From Promethearchaeia archaeon (lineage in GTDB: Archaea; Asgardarchaeota; Lokiarchaeia; Sigyniarchaeales; SOKP01): a stretch of 64,000 bases of DNA. Shown here in pieces: positions 9,396 through 20,839 of the stretch. Each line of letters starts with the position of its first letter. Positions within the stretch are counted from its first letter, which is position 1. Both the position numbers and the translations under genes were made by a program. The notes below the pieces were generated by a model. That model saw nothing but the letters and a program-made list of their open reading frames with translations. It did no database searches and was not told the origin of the DNA. The stretch spans positions 15,921 to 79,920 of the forward strand of contig JAHQWL010000098.1 of the NCBI GenBank assembly GCA_029856155.1, in the 5' to 3' direction.

Positions 9396-10445
9396 ATGCG
9401 AGTTGCTAGATATTATAGTAATAATGATGTAAGGACTGACGATATACTAAAACCAATAATCGGTCCAGGAGAATTCATGGTTAAAGTAAAAAGATCGGGA
9501 ATCTGTGGATCTGATATACTAGAATATTATAGAAAAGCAAAAATGAAAAAGTTGGGAGTAAGCTCTTTGATTTTAGGCCATGAGATTGCTGGAGACATAG
9601 TAGAGAAAAGTGAGTCTATAAAACACCTTAGTGTAGGAGATCGTGTTTTTGTATCGCACCATGTGCCTTGTTTTGATTGTCATTATTGTACACAAGGACA
9701 CCATACAGCATGTAGTTTACTTCATAACACAAATTTTGATCCTGGTGGTTTCGCTGAATACGTCAGGGTACCTAAAATCAATATAGAAAAAAGAGGCGTA
9801 TATGTATTAGATAATAATGTCTCATATGAGGAAGCCGTTTTTATTGAGCCATTAGGATGTGTTTGTCGAGCACAACGTTTATCAAATGTTAAAAAAGGGA
9901 TGACTGTTTTGATTTTAGGATGTGGGGCATCGGGGTTATTACATGTAAAATTAGCAAAACTTAGAGGTGCTAAAAAGGTTATTGCAACTGATATTAATGA
10001 ATTCCGGTTACAAAAAGCACTGGAATTTGGAGCTGATGAAGTTTTTAACGCAGGTAGAGATCTACCAAATGAAATTAAAAAGATCAACAACTATATATTA
10101 GCTGATATCGTGATAGTTTGTACGGGAGCTTTATCAGCAGCAAACCAAGCATTGGAATGTGCTGCACCGGGAAGTAAAATCATATTTTTTGCGGTTCCAG
10201 AACCAGGGATAAACTTAGAAGTTCCGATAAACCGATACTGGAGAAATGAAATTACAATTCTGACTTCTTACGGTGCGGCTCCAGAAGACCTTGATGAAGC
10301 ATACAATTGGATACTCTCAAAGAGGATTAATGTTGTAGATTTAATTACTCATCGATTCCCCCTCAGCAAAGCTGGTGAGGCATTTAGAGTAGTATGCGAA
10401 GCTGGTGAATCAATTAAAGTAATTTTTGACATGGAACTAGATTAA
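9396..10445 (+). CDS. Zn-dependent alcohol/polyol dehydrogenase (MDR)
   Basis: GICGSD, GHE, C-x2-C-x2-C-x7-C, GCGASG. Confidence 0.9.
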   Translation: MRVARYYSNNDVRTDDILKPIIGPGEFMVKVKRSGICGSDILEYYRKAKMKKLGVSSLILGHEIAGDIVEKSESIKHLSVGDRVFVSHHVPCFDCHYCTQGHHTACSLLHNTNFDPGGFAEYVRVPKINIEKRGVYVLDNNVSYEEAVFIEPLGCVCRAQRLSNVKKGMTVLILGCGASGLLHVKLAKLRGAKKVIATDINEFRLQKALEFGADEVFNAGRDLPNEIKKINNYILADIVIVCTGALSAANQALECAAPGSKIIFFAVPEPGINLEVPINRYWRNEITILTSYGAAPEDLDEAYNWILSKRINVVDLITHRFPLSKAGEAFRVVCEAGESIKVIFDMELD

Positions 10446-10461
10446 TATCTTGAAAATTCGA

Positions 10462-11424
10462 TTATTTAAATTGATTGCTTCTCTGGATATGCTTTCGAAT
10501 TATCCAAGATTCCCATAAACTATATATCTCAAATAAAAAATCTTTTAATTTTTTTTTTGGGAAAAATATATCCATTTTAAGTAATTGACTAACAACCTCA
10601 TCTTCTGATAACTTAGAAGAGTTTGATATTTTTAACGCATTATCAACTTTTTTTTGATTCTCATTAATCTTAGTTCTCATATATTCAAAAGGGGTTGTAT
10701 CTGGATTTTTTACTATATAAGAGTGGCTTGAAGTTAAAAATTTCGCGTAATTTAAAAAAATTGACTCTGCTTGATTAATATCTTCAATATATTGCGAAAT
10801 TGAGGCTTCTTTAAATCCATACCAAGGACCAAAACCATCAATCTCAGGTTTTGGTTTATCAAATCCAAGGCAACTAATATGAAACACCTTTTCTTTAGGT
10901 ATTAAGAATCCAACGTGGGATCTCGAATGCCCGGGAAATGAGATTGTCTCTACTACTAAGTTCTCAAATTTTAGTGTTTCACCAGATTTGAAAGAATTTA
11001 TATAGTTACAGTTATGAAACCCATTTATTTTTCCAAATTTTTCAATAGTAGAATACTCTAAAGTTTCGTTAAAACCAAAACCTCTATAAAAATTACGAAG
11101 ATCAAGCAAATAATTCGCTTCCGGGGTTGGAGCATGGATATTAACTCCAAGTTGCTCCCAAGCATATACATGAGAAGTATGGTCAATGTGTGCATGGGTA
11201 CACACATAGTTTGAGACGGGACCATATATATCATTCAAATTTTTAATATATTTAGGTTCGATATTTAAATCAAGTGCTATCGTTTTTTTATTTCTAGCTT
11301 CTTTAGGTAAAATTAGAAGCCCATCACAACAAGAAAATAAAAAGGGGACTTTTTTTTGATGGATTAGTAAAATGTCTTCTGTTACTTCCCAGATTTCAAG
11401 ATTATCTATTATTGGAAGAGACAT
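10462..11424 (-). CDS. metallo-beta-lactamase fold protein
   Basis: THAHIDH, PGHS. Confidence 0.8.
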   Translation of the reverse strand: MSLPIIDNLEIWEVTEDILLIHQKKVPFLFSCCDGLLILPKEARNKKTIALDLNIEPKYIKNLNDIYGPVSNYVCTHAHIDHTSHVYAWEQLGVNIHAPTPEANYLLDLRNFYRGFGFNETLEYSTIEKFGKINGFHNCNYINSFKSGETLKFENLVVETISFPGHSRSHVGFLIPKEKVFHISCLGFDKPKPEIDGFGPWYGFKEASISQYIEDINQAESIFLNYAKFLTSSHSYIVKNPDTTPFEYMRTKINENQKKVDNALKISNSSKLSEDEVVSQLLKMDIFFPKKKLKDFLFEIYSLWESWIIRKHIQRSNQFK

Positions 11425-11540
11425 GGATGTATTATTTCTTGATATTTATCCAAATTGTAATATAAAATAAATAAAACTTTAATAAGTTGACTTTCATAAA
11501 ATTTAAGTCAATTTAAAAGAATAATGAACATATTATCATA

Positions 11541-12677
11541 CTATTTGAAAGCATATAAAATGTAGTATGGAGTAAGATATAATCCTTTCTTGGAAAAAAG
11601 GTTAATAAAATAATTTGTTAATTTTGAGATAGGATTATATATCGACGCAATATTTAGATTTATCTTAGGAATAAATTTCTTGGTTGAAAGATTATATCTA
11701 CTTTCATAAACTCCCGCTATTACTTGGCCATCAAAATTGTGTCGGGTAAAAAACTCTAACAATTCATATGGGTTCATTAACCCTTCGGCCCAGTTTCCTG
11801 TAAAGGGATCACAAGTATTTGAAGGAAACCTTTTCTCTCTTTCTGAAGGAACTTTTTTCAAATCTAAATATTTTAAAACACAATCTTTAATATCCTTCTC
11901 AATCAGTCCCCTTGTTAACCTCGTTAAGAGTTTTAACTCTTCAAAATTTAGTCTATTTTCTGATATTTTAAGAATGAGTTCCTTTCTTATTTTTGCATAG
12001 GCATCTAAGGTATATCCTTCTTTATGTCCAAATTCCTTCTTTCTATCAATAAACTCACAATTATGATGGTGAGTTTTTATTCTTTTTTTTATAATAGGAT
12101 TATATGGATTAGCTCCTGATGCTAATACAAGACTTAAATTTTTTTGAGGTAAGTTTATTAGCCCCTGAAAAAATGATTCAATATTATAAATATGTTCAAT
12201 AACATCATAAGATCCTACAACATTGCATTATATAGATTTATCTTTAAGGTAACTTATAATGTCTTGTATTTCACCTAAGAGATACTCGTCTGCAATATTT
12301 CCTATTGATTTAGCAATCTCTTTAGCATCATAACACGAAATTTTGTAGACATCATTATATAAAACTGTACCAATTCCGATCTCTTTCGCTAATAATGAAA
12401 ATATGCCAGAACCGCCACCATATTCAATAAACACAAAATCTTCTAAAGAGTTCTTATAATTTCTTAAGCAAAGAGTTAGTAAAAAACAATATCGTTGCAA
12501 AGTTCCTTTTAAATTAGAGATTGATTTCCCAAAATAATTAGCCATATAATCTGAAATATTTAAGGATTTTATTTCTAAATAATATAATTTATAAAATAAG
12601 TTTTTAGCTGCTAATTCAATCTCATCTAAGAGTTTTCGATTTTTAGGTATATATTTAGATTTTAATAAAAATTCCAT
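11541..12677 (-). pseudogene. class I SAM-dependent methyltransferase with one internal TAA (12228-12230)
   Basis: EYGGGSG motif I; the same frame continues past the stop (CNVVGSYDVIEHIY...) into ORF 11541-11861. Confidence 0.75.
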
Positions 12678-12710
12678 GATTATTATAAAAAAAAATATTT
12701 AATGATAGAA

Positions 12711-13505
12711 TTAGAGTCCTTTTGGACCTTGTTTGTATATTTCATAAGCTTCATCTACAGAAGCATTATTATGAACTATCTCACGAACAGCTTTAATCAT
12801 TCCAATAGGAGAATCGCTTTGGAATATATTTCTTCCCATGTCTACGCCGACAGCTCCTTTGTCAATTGCATTCTTTGACATCTGTAAGGCATCAATTTCT
12901 TCAATTTTTTTTCCTCCCGCGATTACCACAGGTGCGGGACAGATACTTGTTACTTCCTCAAAGTTTTCACAATAATAGGTTTTTACAAAAGTAGCACCCA
13001 TTTCTGCGGCCATTCTACTTGCCATCCCTAGATATCGTGCATCTCTTACCATTTCTCTGCCTACAGCAGTCACTGCTAATGTAGGAATGCCATATTCTTG
13101 ACCCCAATTTACTAATTTTGAAAGATTCATTAAGGTTTGCTTCTCATTTTCTCCGCCTACAAAAATTGAGCAAGTAATGGCAGATACATTTAATCTTATC
13201 GCATCATCAATAGCAACATTTATTTCTTCATTAGAGAGTTCCTTTAACATTGAAGCTCCCGCTGATACTCTTAAGACAATAGGTACATCAATTTCAGAAG
13301 GTACACAATTTCTAAGCATTCCTCTTGTTAGCATAAGAGCATCAGCATATTCAAATAATGGTTTCATATCTGTGAAACATTTTAGTTGACCGGGAACGTT
13401 TCCAAAGTATCCATGATCAATTGCTAACATAACGCAATGCCCACTCTTTGGTTTAATAATTCTGTTAAAGCGGTTCTGAAACCCCCAGTCTCCCACTACA
13501 ACCAT
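12711..13505 (-). CDS. lsrF: LsrF-like thiolase/class I aldolase
   Basis: DWG-x2-NR, MLAIDHGYF, FVKTYY, VVIAGG, GVDMGRNIFQ. Confidence 0.8.
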   Translation of the reverse strand: MVVVGDWGFQNRFNRIIKPKSGHCVMLAIDHGYFGNVPGQLKCFTDMKPLFEYADALMLTRGMLRNCVPSEIDVPIVLRVSAGASMLKELSNEEINVAIDDAIRLNVSAITCSIFVGGENEKQTLMNLSKLVNWGQEYGIPTLAVTAVGREMVRDARYLGMASRMAAEMGATFVKTYYCENFEEVTSICPAPVVIAGGKKIEEIDALQMSKNAIDKGAVGVDMGRNIFQSDSPIGMIKAVREIVHNNASVDEAYEIYKQGPKGL

Positions 13506-13623
13506 TTTTAATTCCCTTTTTAATAGTTTTAATATAATTTAAGATTATTTTTTTAAATAAATTAATGATCTCTATTTTACTTTTTCTAAAAAACACAAAT
13601 AAGTAAAGTATATACAAAAATAA

Positions 13624-14472
13624 TTAAATCACGCTTAAGAATTCTCCAACTCTGTTCTTAATTTTTGAAACGATCTTTTTTGAGATGTTCCGTCTAATAA
13701 ACTCTTTAATCAAGTTTAAGTGATAAGTACTAGTTTTTTTAATACTTAGAGCTTTAGAGATTTTAACTGCTAGATCGTCTTCATAAATTTGATCAACTTC
13801 TTCTAGAATTGAAACAGTATAGTGCACTTCCTTTATCAGGTTAGATATATCTTGTTGTAGGAGTTTTAATTGTTCTTCTTCATCAATTATTTCTAAAGCT
13901 CTCTTAATAATTTGTTCCTCGAATTTTAATTTGATTGACCACGGAGTCTGAAAAATATGTTGAGATGTATCCAATATTAAAGCATCTTTATCCTTAACTT
14001 TAATTTTATTAATATCGGGGTCTTCAATTATATAGATAGTTTTGCTTCCCCTATAGGTCTCTGGTAATAGATTATCTCCAACTGAATTTAATAAAGCTTC
14101 ATCATATTGGAAATTTTCATCTTTTATAACATAAGAGGGATAATTAAATATTTTTCCATGTATAAGACTGAAAATTCCATAAATTCCAAAAATTTGTATT
14201 AAGTTCTTAAGATTTACCCTTCCAGCAGTTTCCCTATCAACTATAGGTGAAACCGTATCCATCAGAATGTCGATTTTCTCATACCCTCTTATAATCCCTT
14301 TTGTATCTACAAAGACGATAAATTGGTGTTCAGGACATACAGCATTGATTGGGATTTGAATTTTAATTGACCCAAATTTTTTTTGAGAGAATATTGCCTC
14401 AGGAACGTTTACATTTTTCACTTTCCCACATGTTGGGCATACGACTTCGAGAACCTTAAATGTTTCAGCCAT
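13624..14472 (-). CDS. hypothetical protein with N-terminal Zn-ribbon
   Basis: CPTC...CPEH-x-F. Confidence 0.7.
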   Translation of the reverse strand: MAETFKVLEVVCPTCGKVKNVNVPEAIFSQKKFGSIKIQIPINAVCPEHQFIVFVDTKGIIRGYEKIDILMDTVSPIVDRETAGRVNLKNLIQIFGIYGIFSLIHGKIFNYPSYVIKDENFQYDEALLNSVGDNLLPETYRGSKTIYIIEDPDINKIKVKDKDALILDTSQHIFQTPWSIKLKFEEQIIKRALEIIDEEEQLKLLQQDISNLIKEVHYTVSILEEVDQIYEDDLAVKISKALSIKKTSTYHLNLIKEFIRRNISKKIVSKIKNRVGEFLSVI

Positions 14473-14591
14473 ATTGCAATCTTATAAATTATTATTTTAA
14501 CTATAAATAAATAGATAAACTCTACAAAAAAATTTAATGAAATTCCCACAATTCTAAAATCTAGGTTTAAAATTAAAATCTTGTAAATTTA

Positions 14592-15302
14592 CTAATTAAG
14601 GAGCTTGAGAAATTCCTTTTTCCAAATCTGATAATCCATTACATAGTTGAAGCCGCAAACAGTATCAAATTCTCTTTTTTCAATTATTTTTTTTAACCTT
14701 TTTGCTCCTTCCTTGGTTGATTGTAAGGAACCATAAGGATTTAATATAAAAATCTGATCTAATGGGATTAAATAATCACAGATAAAAATTATATCTTCAA
14801 AAATATAAAAAGTGAATCCTCGCGTATGTCCATTGATATGAAATGCTTCTATTCCAGATAAATTAAAATCTTGAGTAAATTTTTTATCAAAAGGATGTAA
14901 CTTAGAAAGTAAATGTTCAGAATCATGTTTATGAATCCATATAAAAGCAGTATAATATCCTCTATAAAGGTTTGATGCGCCAAGAAAATGTTGGTGTGTG
15001 AATAATATTTTATCCATTGGTTCTAAATCTTTAGAGAAGGTAGAAGGACAATCAATCCAGATTCTCTTATTATCTATTTCAATACTATAAGTAGAATGAT
15101 CAAGTCCTAAAGGCGGATATGAATTTAAGCGGAAAACTTTATCGTTAACTCTTGAACTCAGAATTTTATGCATTTGGGAACACTCTTCTGCAGTTATGAA
15201 ATTTTCATTAGAGGAACCACAGAAAGGACAAAATTGAAAAAAGTGCCCTATCATATTATAACCACATCTTTTACATACATATTGTCTTTGGAGGTCTGTC
15301 AT
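14592..15302 (-). CDS. rubredoxin-like Zn-ribbon fused to MBL-fold domain
   Basis: YVCKRCGY...CPFCG; FTHQHF; GHTRG. Confidence 0.75.
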   Translation of the reverse strand: MTDLQRQYVCKRCGYNMIGHFFQFCPFCGSSNENFITAEECSQMHKILSSRVNDKVFRLNSYPPLGLDHSTYSIEIDNKRIWIDCPSTFSKDLEPMDKILFTHQHFLGASNLYRGYYTAFIWIHKHDSEHLLSKLHPFDKKFTQDFNLSGIEAFHINGHTRGFTFYIFEDIIFICDYLIPLDQIFILNPYGSLQSTKEGAKRLKKIIEKREFDTVCGFNYVMDYQIWKKEFLKLLN

Positions 15303-15407
15303 TTATCTTGATTTGTCTGAGATTATCTAAATATTAATAAAACTTCATTTGGATTATTTCTTATTGCATATATTAAAATTTTTTTTATATATTAAATTGG
15401 TAAAATT

Positions 15408-16694
15408 ATGAATATTAACGTTTCTGAAGAAGATTCGAAATACATGTATGACTTTGTACAACAGGTTATTGACAAAATAGGACCAAGAATGTCATGTAGT
15501 TCACAAGAAGCAGAAGCTGCAGAATTTATCAAGAATGAGCTTGAAAACTCCTGTGATGAGGTCTCAGTGGAGAGATTTGTATGTCATCCAAAAGCATTTT
15601 TAGGTTGGATTAAGCTGGACATGTTTATGATCGTAATTTCGATTCTCCTTTATTTTATGAGCCAAATATTTACAGAACAATTTTGGTTATTGCTTATAGC
15701 ATTGATATCTTTTCTTTTTGTATTATTACCGTTTTTAATTATGTGGGAAGAATTCTTCAATTACAGAGAGTTTATTGACCCATTGTTTCGTAAAAAATCC
15801 TCACAAAATGTTATTGGCAAATTTAAATCAGAAGGTGAGCTAAAGAGAATTATTATTTTTTCAAGCCATATGGATACCGCTGTTGAATTTAAATTGATGA
15901 AACTTTTGGGATGGAAATTTATACCTATAGCATTTGGAGTAATATTTCTCATGCTAATGTGGTTGGTCCTTTCATTTTTAAATTTAGCCTTTATATTGAT
16001 TGGATTCGTTAGCTTGAAAGCAATTTTTCTGAACATTATGATTTGGGCTCTTATTATTGGAAGTCCTTTTATTATACTCCTCTACTTTTTCGTACCATTG
16101 GGAGATAAGGGGAATGTGGTACCAGGTGCGACAGATAATTTAAGTAGCTGTTCAGTTATTCAAGGATTGGGACGATATCTAAAAAGAAATAAAGAAATTA
16201 TCCCATCTAAAACGGAGATAAGATTGATTAGCTTTGGGTGCGAAGAAGTTGGTTTGAGAGGAGCATATCGCTATGTAGAAGCTCATCATAATGAACTAAA
16301 AAAGTATAACGCTCTTGTCGTAAATATGGATGGACTTGAAAAGCCGGATCATATATTTATAATAGAATTCGAACCTACTACTAGAACTTGGCACTCTGAG
16401 GAGGTAATTCAAAAATTATCAAGAGCAGCAGAAATTGTAAATATTGAAGCAAAACGAATAGGTTCGGGAAAATTAGAAAAAGTATTGGGACGCTTGACTG
16501 GGGGCTCTGATGCTGCGGCGTTCTCAAAAGCAGGTATTAAAGCCGGATTTATAAATGCGGCTGATTGGAAAAACCGTTCTAGTTACTACCACCAATCTGG
16601 AGATACTATTGACAAAATTGAAAAGGGAACTTTAGAAAGTATATTAAAAATATGTATAGCTTTTTTAACAAATGAATCAAAATCTCAAGATTAA
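15408..16694 (+). CDS. M28-family peptidase with inserted TM helices (copy 1)
   Basis: SHMD, GATDN, GCEE-x-GL-x-G, NMD, SD, YH. Confidence 0.85.
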   Translation: MNINVSEEDSKYMYDFVQQVIDKIGPRMSCSSQEAEAAEFIKNELENSCDEVSVERFVCHPKAFLGWIKLDMFMIVISILLYFMSQIFTEQFWLLLIALISFLFVLLPFLIMWEEFFNYREFIDPLFRKKSSQNVIGKFKSEGELKRIIIFSSHMDTAVEFKLMKLLGWKFIPIAFGVIFLMLMWLVLSFLNLAFILIGFVSLKAIFLNIMIWALIIGSPFIILLYFFVPLGDKGNVVPGATDNLSSCSVIQGLGRYLKRNKEIIPSKTEIRLISFGCEEVGLRGAYRYVEAHHNELKKYNALVVNMDGLEKPDHIFIIEFEPTTRTWHSEEVIQKLSRAAEIVNIEAKRIGSGKLEKVLGRLTGGSDAAAFSKAGIKAGFINAADWKNRSSYYHQSGDTIDKIEKGTLESILKICIAFLTNESKSQD

Positions 16695-16769
16695 GTTTTT
16701 ATAATTTCATTTTATTTACATTTTAATCTACGATCAAATTATAATTAAAAGAAAAAGAAGGGATTTTTT

Positions 16770-18074
16770 TTGCAAATTGAAATCTCAAAAGAAGATTCGG
16801 AATATATGTATGATATCATCAAAAAAATAATTGATGAATGTGGTCCGCGAATGCCTTGTAGTCCACAAGAAGCGAAAGGTGCAGAACTTATAAAAAGTGA
16901 ACTTGAAAAAACTTGTGATGAGGTAACTATTGAACCTTTTACCTGTCATCCCAGAGCTGCTTTAGGTTGGATAAAAATAGACCTAATATTAGCTTTGCTA
17001 TCATTCAGCTTATTTCTATTAATCAAATTATTTCTAGATTCATATTGGATATATTTTTTATCAATCTTATCAACTTTATTAATATCTTTAGCATTGTTAA
17101 TCGCTTGGGAGGAATTTTTTAGTTATAAAGAGTTTATAGATCCAATATTTAAGAAAAAGGGGTCTCAAAATGTTATAGGTAAGATAAAACCTAAAGATGA
17201 AATTAAAAATATCATAATTTTTTCTGGACATCATGATAGTGCTTTACAATTTAATCTTCTAAGATATTTAAAGTATGGCTATGAGGTAATTATATTTTTG
17301 GGTCTTGGAATTCTGTTTTTTTGGTTTTTCGCATCTCTATTTTTTATAATTCTTTCCATATTCACATTTTTATTAGATCTTACTTTGATATATCAATCTT
17401 TCTTTAATTTAGTAATTTGGTTATTAATAATTGGAGCTGTACCGCTCACAGGTTTATTTTTCTTTGTAACTCCCGGCAAAAGAGCAAATAAGGTTCCTGG
17501 TGCAGTTGATAACTTAAGTGCAGTTGCAATTATATTAGGTGTCGGAAGATATCTGAAAAGCCATAAAGAAATAATACCTAAAAACACTGAAATAAGAATA
17601 ATATCATTTGGAAGTGAGGAAGCTTTTTTAAGGGGGGCTTTCCGCTATGTGGAAGCTCACTTAGAAGAATTACAAAAATTTGATGCAGAATGTGTCAATT
17701 TGGATGCAATTCAAAGTACCAATTATCTTACATTTTCAGATAAAGAACCAACAACTAGAACTATTCATAGCGAAGAAGTTGTTCAAAAACTAATCAATTC
17801 GGCTAAGTTAGTTGGAGTTAAAGCAAATATTGCTAGTTTAGGAGGAGGAGGTTTTCTTGAAAAAATAGCGGGCTTAATGGGTGGAGGTACTGATGCTGCT
17901 GCTTTTTCAAAATCAAAAATAAAAGCTAGTACTATTACAGGTTTGAGTTTAATAAAGATGGTCCATTTTTACCATCAAGAAACAGACACCCCAGATAAAA
18001 TTGAAAAAGGAGTGTTAGAAAGTGCATTAAAAATATGCATAGGATATTTAGTAAATGAATCTAAAAATTATTAA
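16770..18074 (+). CDS. M28-family peptidase with inserted TM helices (copy 2, tandem paralog)
   Basis: GHHD, GAVDN, GSEE, TD, YH; colinear with copy 1. Confidence 0.85.
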   Translation: MQIEISKEDSEYMYDIIKKIIDECGPRMPCSPQEAKGAELIKSELEKTCDEVTIEPFTCHPRAALGWIKIDLILALLSFSLFLLIKLFLDSYWIYFLSILSTLLISLALLIAWEEFFSYKEFIDPIFKKKGSQNVIGKIKPKDEIKNIIIFSGHHDSALQFNLLRYLKYGYEVIIFLGLGILFFWFFASLFFIILSIFTFLLDLTLIYQSFFNLVIWLLIIGAVPLTGLFFFVTPGKRANKVPGAVDNLSAVAIILGVGRYLKSHKEIIPKNTEIRIISFGSEEAFLRGAFRYVEAHLEELQKFDAECVNLDAIQSTNYLTFSDKEPTTRTIHSEEVVQKLINSAKLVGVKANIASLGGGGFLEKIAGLMGGGTDAAAFSKSKIKASTITGLSLIKMVHFYHQETDTPDKIEKGVLESALKICIGYLVNESKNY

Positions 18075-18185
18075 GATGCAAAGTTTTTGCTTTTGTATAT
18101 ATTAGCAACTATAAAAAGAATTAGGAGAAGGAGCTTAATTTTCTACCTTTTCCCTTTTTATAAATAATTCAATTATAACACTCTA

Positions 18186-20831
18186 TCAAAAATCATCAAT
18201 TATACTCGGTGCATCAGTTTTCACGACAAATTTAACCAAAAGTGTGATGAGGATTGCAGGAATTAAGCCTAAAAAGCAAATTAAAAATACACCTGTTAAA
18301 AAAATATCAGAAATGTAAGTATTAAGAAAAATTAGTCCTACAGAATCTATTAAATAATGTAAAATTATGCTGGGTAGAAGACTTTTCGATTTGATATACA
18401 TATATCCAAAAGCAAATCCTAATAATGTTGCATAAGTTACTTGATAAGATACGGAAATTAGAGCAGTAAGAGGATCAATTCCAATAAGAGTATAAGTAAT
18501 GAGATTAAAAGTATGACCAAATCCAAATATTACACTGCTAATTATAAGAGATGTTCTTACATGATATTTTTTTAATAGCATAGGAATTACTACTCCACGA
18601 TAAACTGTTTCTTCCCAAATTCCAGGAATAAGCATATATATAAATAAAAACCATCCTAGTCCTGCTAATCCAATTATATAAGGATTAGGGTTTCCAAATA
18701 ATATTGATGGGTCAAAAACATAATTTCCAAGAGTAGTAGCTCCTAAAAGTACCACCACACCAAATATTACAAATGAGCCAACTCCTAGTAGTATATTTCT
18801 TAATAATGGTTTTGTTGCGCTTAAGCGAATTTTTTTAGTATAATCTTTAAAAGAATCACTCTTTTCAGGAAGTTTCATCCCTTTCGGGATTACATAAAAC
18901 CCTAAAAGAGTTAAAAATCCAAATATGAAAAAGAAATCGACGAATAATAATGTTGTATAATCATTAATAGTTATAATACTCTTGAATGGAATTAAAACTA
19001 AAAATTTAGCAAACGTAGATAACCACAGGAAAACAACATATAAAACTGTTAGGACTATAGCTCCTATAACTGGCATATTTCTCAAAGAACCTCCAGTTTT
19101 ATATTCAGCCGTTTTTTCTAATTTTGGAAACATCCTGTTGAGAATGAACACCATTAGTGCTAATCCAAAAAGACCAACTCCCCCCAGAACTAATAATCCA
19201 ATAGTAATACCAAAACCATATATTAAAAAAAATCCAGTTATCAGAAATGCTATAAAAAGTCCAACATCGGATAATAGCATTGCGATCCATTTTAATATCT
19301 TATTCTCTTTATTTAATTCTTCAATTACGTATTTATATTTCATTTGTCCGAAGAATTTGATTTTTAGTAGAAACATAAATAACAGCAAAGTCCACGCAAT
19401 CGGCAATGTAATTAGAAGTAGAATTATAACAATAACAGATTGTAGTATTAAGGTAAGGACTATTGAAGTTATAGCAAGTGATATACTATGAATTGATAGC
19501 ATTAACAAAATTTTTGCTTTTGCTTGATCTCGTGGAAGAATTGGTAATGAAGCTAATGTTGAGCTACCTGATTCTTCAATATTCAAGAATCCTACTATAA
19601 GCATTATTGGTATAAAAAGATATATTAGAAGTATAATTGACCATATGATCAATATTGCTTCAACTGTAATAGTTATCTCATTAAATAATCCGGTCATAGT
19701 TAGAATCATTATTAATGGATAAAAAATAGGGAAGAATATAAACATAAAAGATTGGATATCTCGAGTAGAAGACACAAGATCTTTACGAATATAAGCCTTA
19801 ATTGGTGAAGTAGGATTTAATTCGAATTGAATCTCCCTTTTTTCTATTTTCTCGGTTTTGATTTCTGATGAAATTGCGCTATGTAATGCTCGTTGCGCAA
19901 CTTTAAAGAGTGCCCATGTTAATACAATACTATACGCAAACCCTGTTAGAGTAGTAAGAATTAAAATAGGATGTACTTGAAATTGAAGAGTATTTAATGA
20001 TACTAAAAATCCAGGGGCAAAAAAGAAGGGAATGAGGCTTAAAATAATTATCAAAATGAAAGAAGGGTCGTTACTGGTGAAAATTTTAAAAAAGCTTTCA
20101 ACAGCACTTATTCCCCAAGTGAATATAAAACTAGCACCAAACATGATAACAAAATACCCTAGCATCGTCACTATTCTAATTATATTCGCATTCTTTGATT
20201 TTGCTTTTGACTCTGAAAAAAGAAAACTCATTTTCTCTCCAAGTAACACCAAAATACTAAAGCTGAAAATCATGTTCACAATTGAAGTTCCAAGACAAAT
20301 TAAAAACATTATAAAGTCTTGGGTTATGATAAGCATAATTGTTGGAAATGCTAAGATTAAAATTATTAATGGAATATCTAAACTGCGAAATAAAGTCATC
20401 ACACCTAACTTTTTCAAATTCTTTTTAGAAAAAGGTAGCGTCTGCAACCACTTGAAAGCATTACCTGACATAAAAGATCCAGTTGAAATCATTCCAAACA
20501 TAAGTGTATACATGAGAGTCATCCCAAAAAAAATCGTAAAGAGAAGCGAAGATACAAAAAGAATTGTATTTATAGTATAGAGAGCTAAATTACCCCTAAT
20601 TTGGAAATATGTAACTAATGGTAATAAAGGTAAAAGTAAAAAAAGAATTGAAAAAACAATTTTCAGTGACAAAGCCTGGGTTTTAATATAATTTTTATTC
20701 TTTTTTAGTTTTTCAACAAATTTTGCTTGATGTGCTCCAGCACTAGCCATCTGACTCTCCAAGAAAATCTCATAAATAGGGTATTTCGCTAAAGAATAGA
20801 AAGATTTTTGTTTTTTTTCTTCCATCTTCAT
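18186..20831 (-). CDS. ABC permease-like membrane protein fused to a CPBP/Abi (CAAX type II) intramembrane protease
   Basis: Many TM segments; C-terminal EETVYRG, FGFGH, H-x3-D; directly follows an ABC ATPase. Confidence 0.8.
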   Translation of the reverse strand: MKMEEKKQKSFYSLAKYPIYEIFLESQMASAGAHQAKFVEKLKKNKNYIKTQALSLKIVFSILFLLLPLLPLVTYFQIRGNLALYTINTILFVSSLLFTIFFGMTLMYTLMFGMISTGSFMSGNAFKWLQTLPFSKKNLKKLGVMTLFRSLDIPLIILILAFPTIMLIITQDFIMFLICLGTSIVNMIFSFSILVLLGEKMSFLFSESKAKSKNANIIRIVTMLGYFVIMFGASFIFTWGISAVESFFKIFTSNDPSFILIIILSLIPFFFAPGFLVSLNTLQFQVHPILILTTLTGFAYSIVLTWALFKVAQRALHSAISSEIKTEKIEKREIQFELNPTSPIKAYIRKDLVSSTRDIQSFMFIFFPIFYPLIMILTMTGLFNEITITVEAILIIWSIILLIYLFIPIMLIVGFLNIEESGSSTLASLPILPRDQAKAKILLMLSIHSISLAITSIVLTLILQSVIVIILLLITLPIAWTLLLFMFLLKIKFFGQMKYKYVIEELNKENKILKWIAMLLSDVGLFIAFLITGFFLIYGFGITIGLLVLGGVGLFGLALMVFILNRMFPKLEKTAEYKTGGSLRNMPVIGAIVLTVLYVVFLWLSTFAKFLVLIPFKSIITINDYTTLLFVDFFFIFGFLTLLGFYVIPKGMKLPEKSDSFKDYTKKIRLSATKPLLRNILLGVGSFVIFGVVVLLGATTLGNYVFDPSILFGNPNPYIIGLAGLGWFLFIYMLIPGIWEETVYRGVVIPMLLKKYHVRTSLIISSVIFGFGHTFNLITYTLIGIDPLTALISVSYQVTYATLLGFAFGYMYIKSKSLLPSIILHYLIDSVGLIFLNTYISDIFLTGVFLICFLGLIPAILITLLVKFVVKTDAPSIIDDF

Positions 20832-20839
20832 CAGTACCG

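Noticed and set aside
12209-12243. BHB-like fold (AGAT/ATCT helix, AAA bulge, 6-bp stem, 30-nt excision) around the methyltransferase TAA
   Set aside because: Excision would delete CNVVGSY, which looks like the required strand before DVIEH. The stem has two G-U pairs and the 3' bulge is not enforced. It does show that such folds can arise by chance in AT-rich DNA, so check it in RNA-seq as a control.
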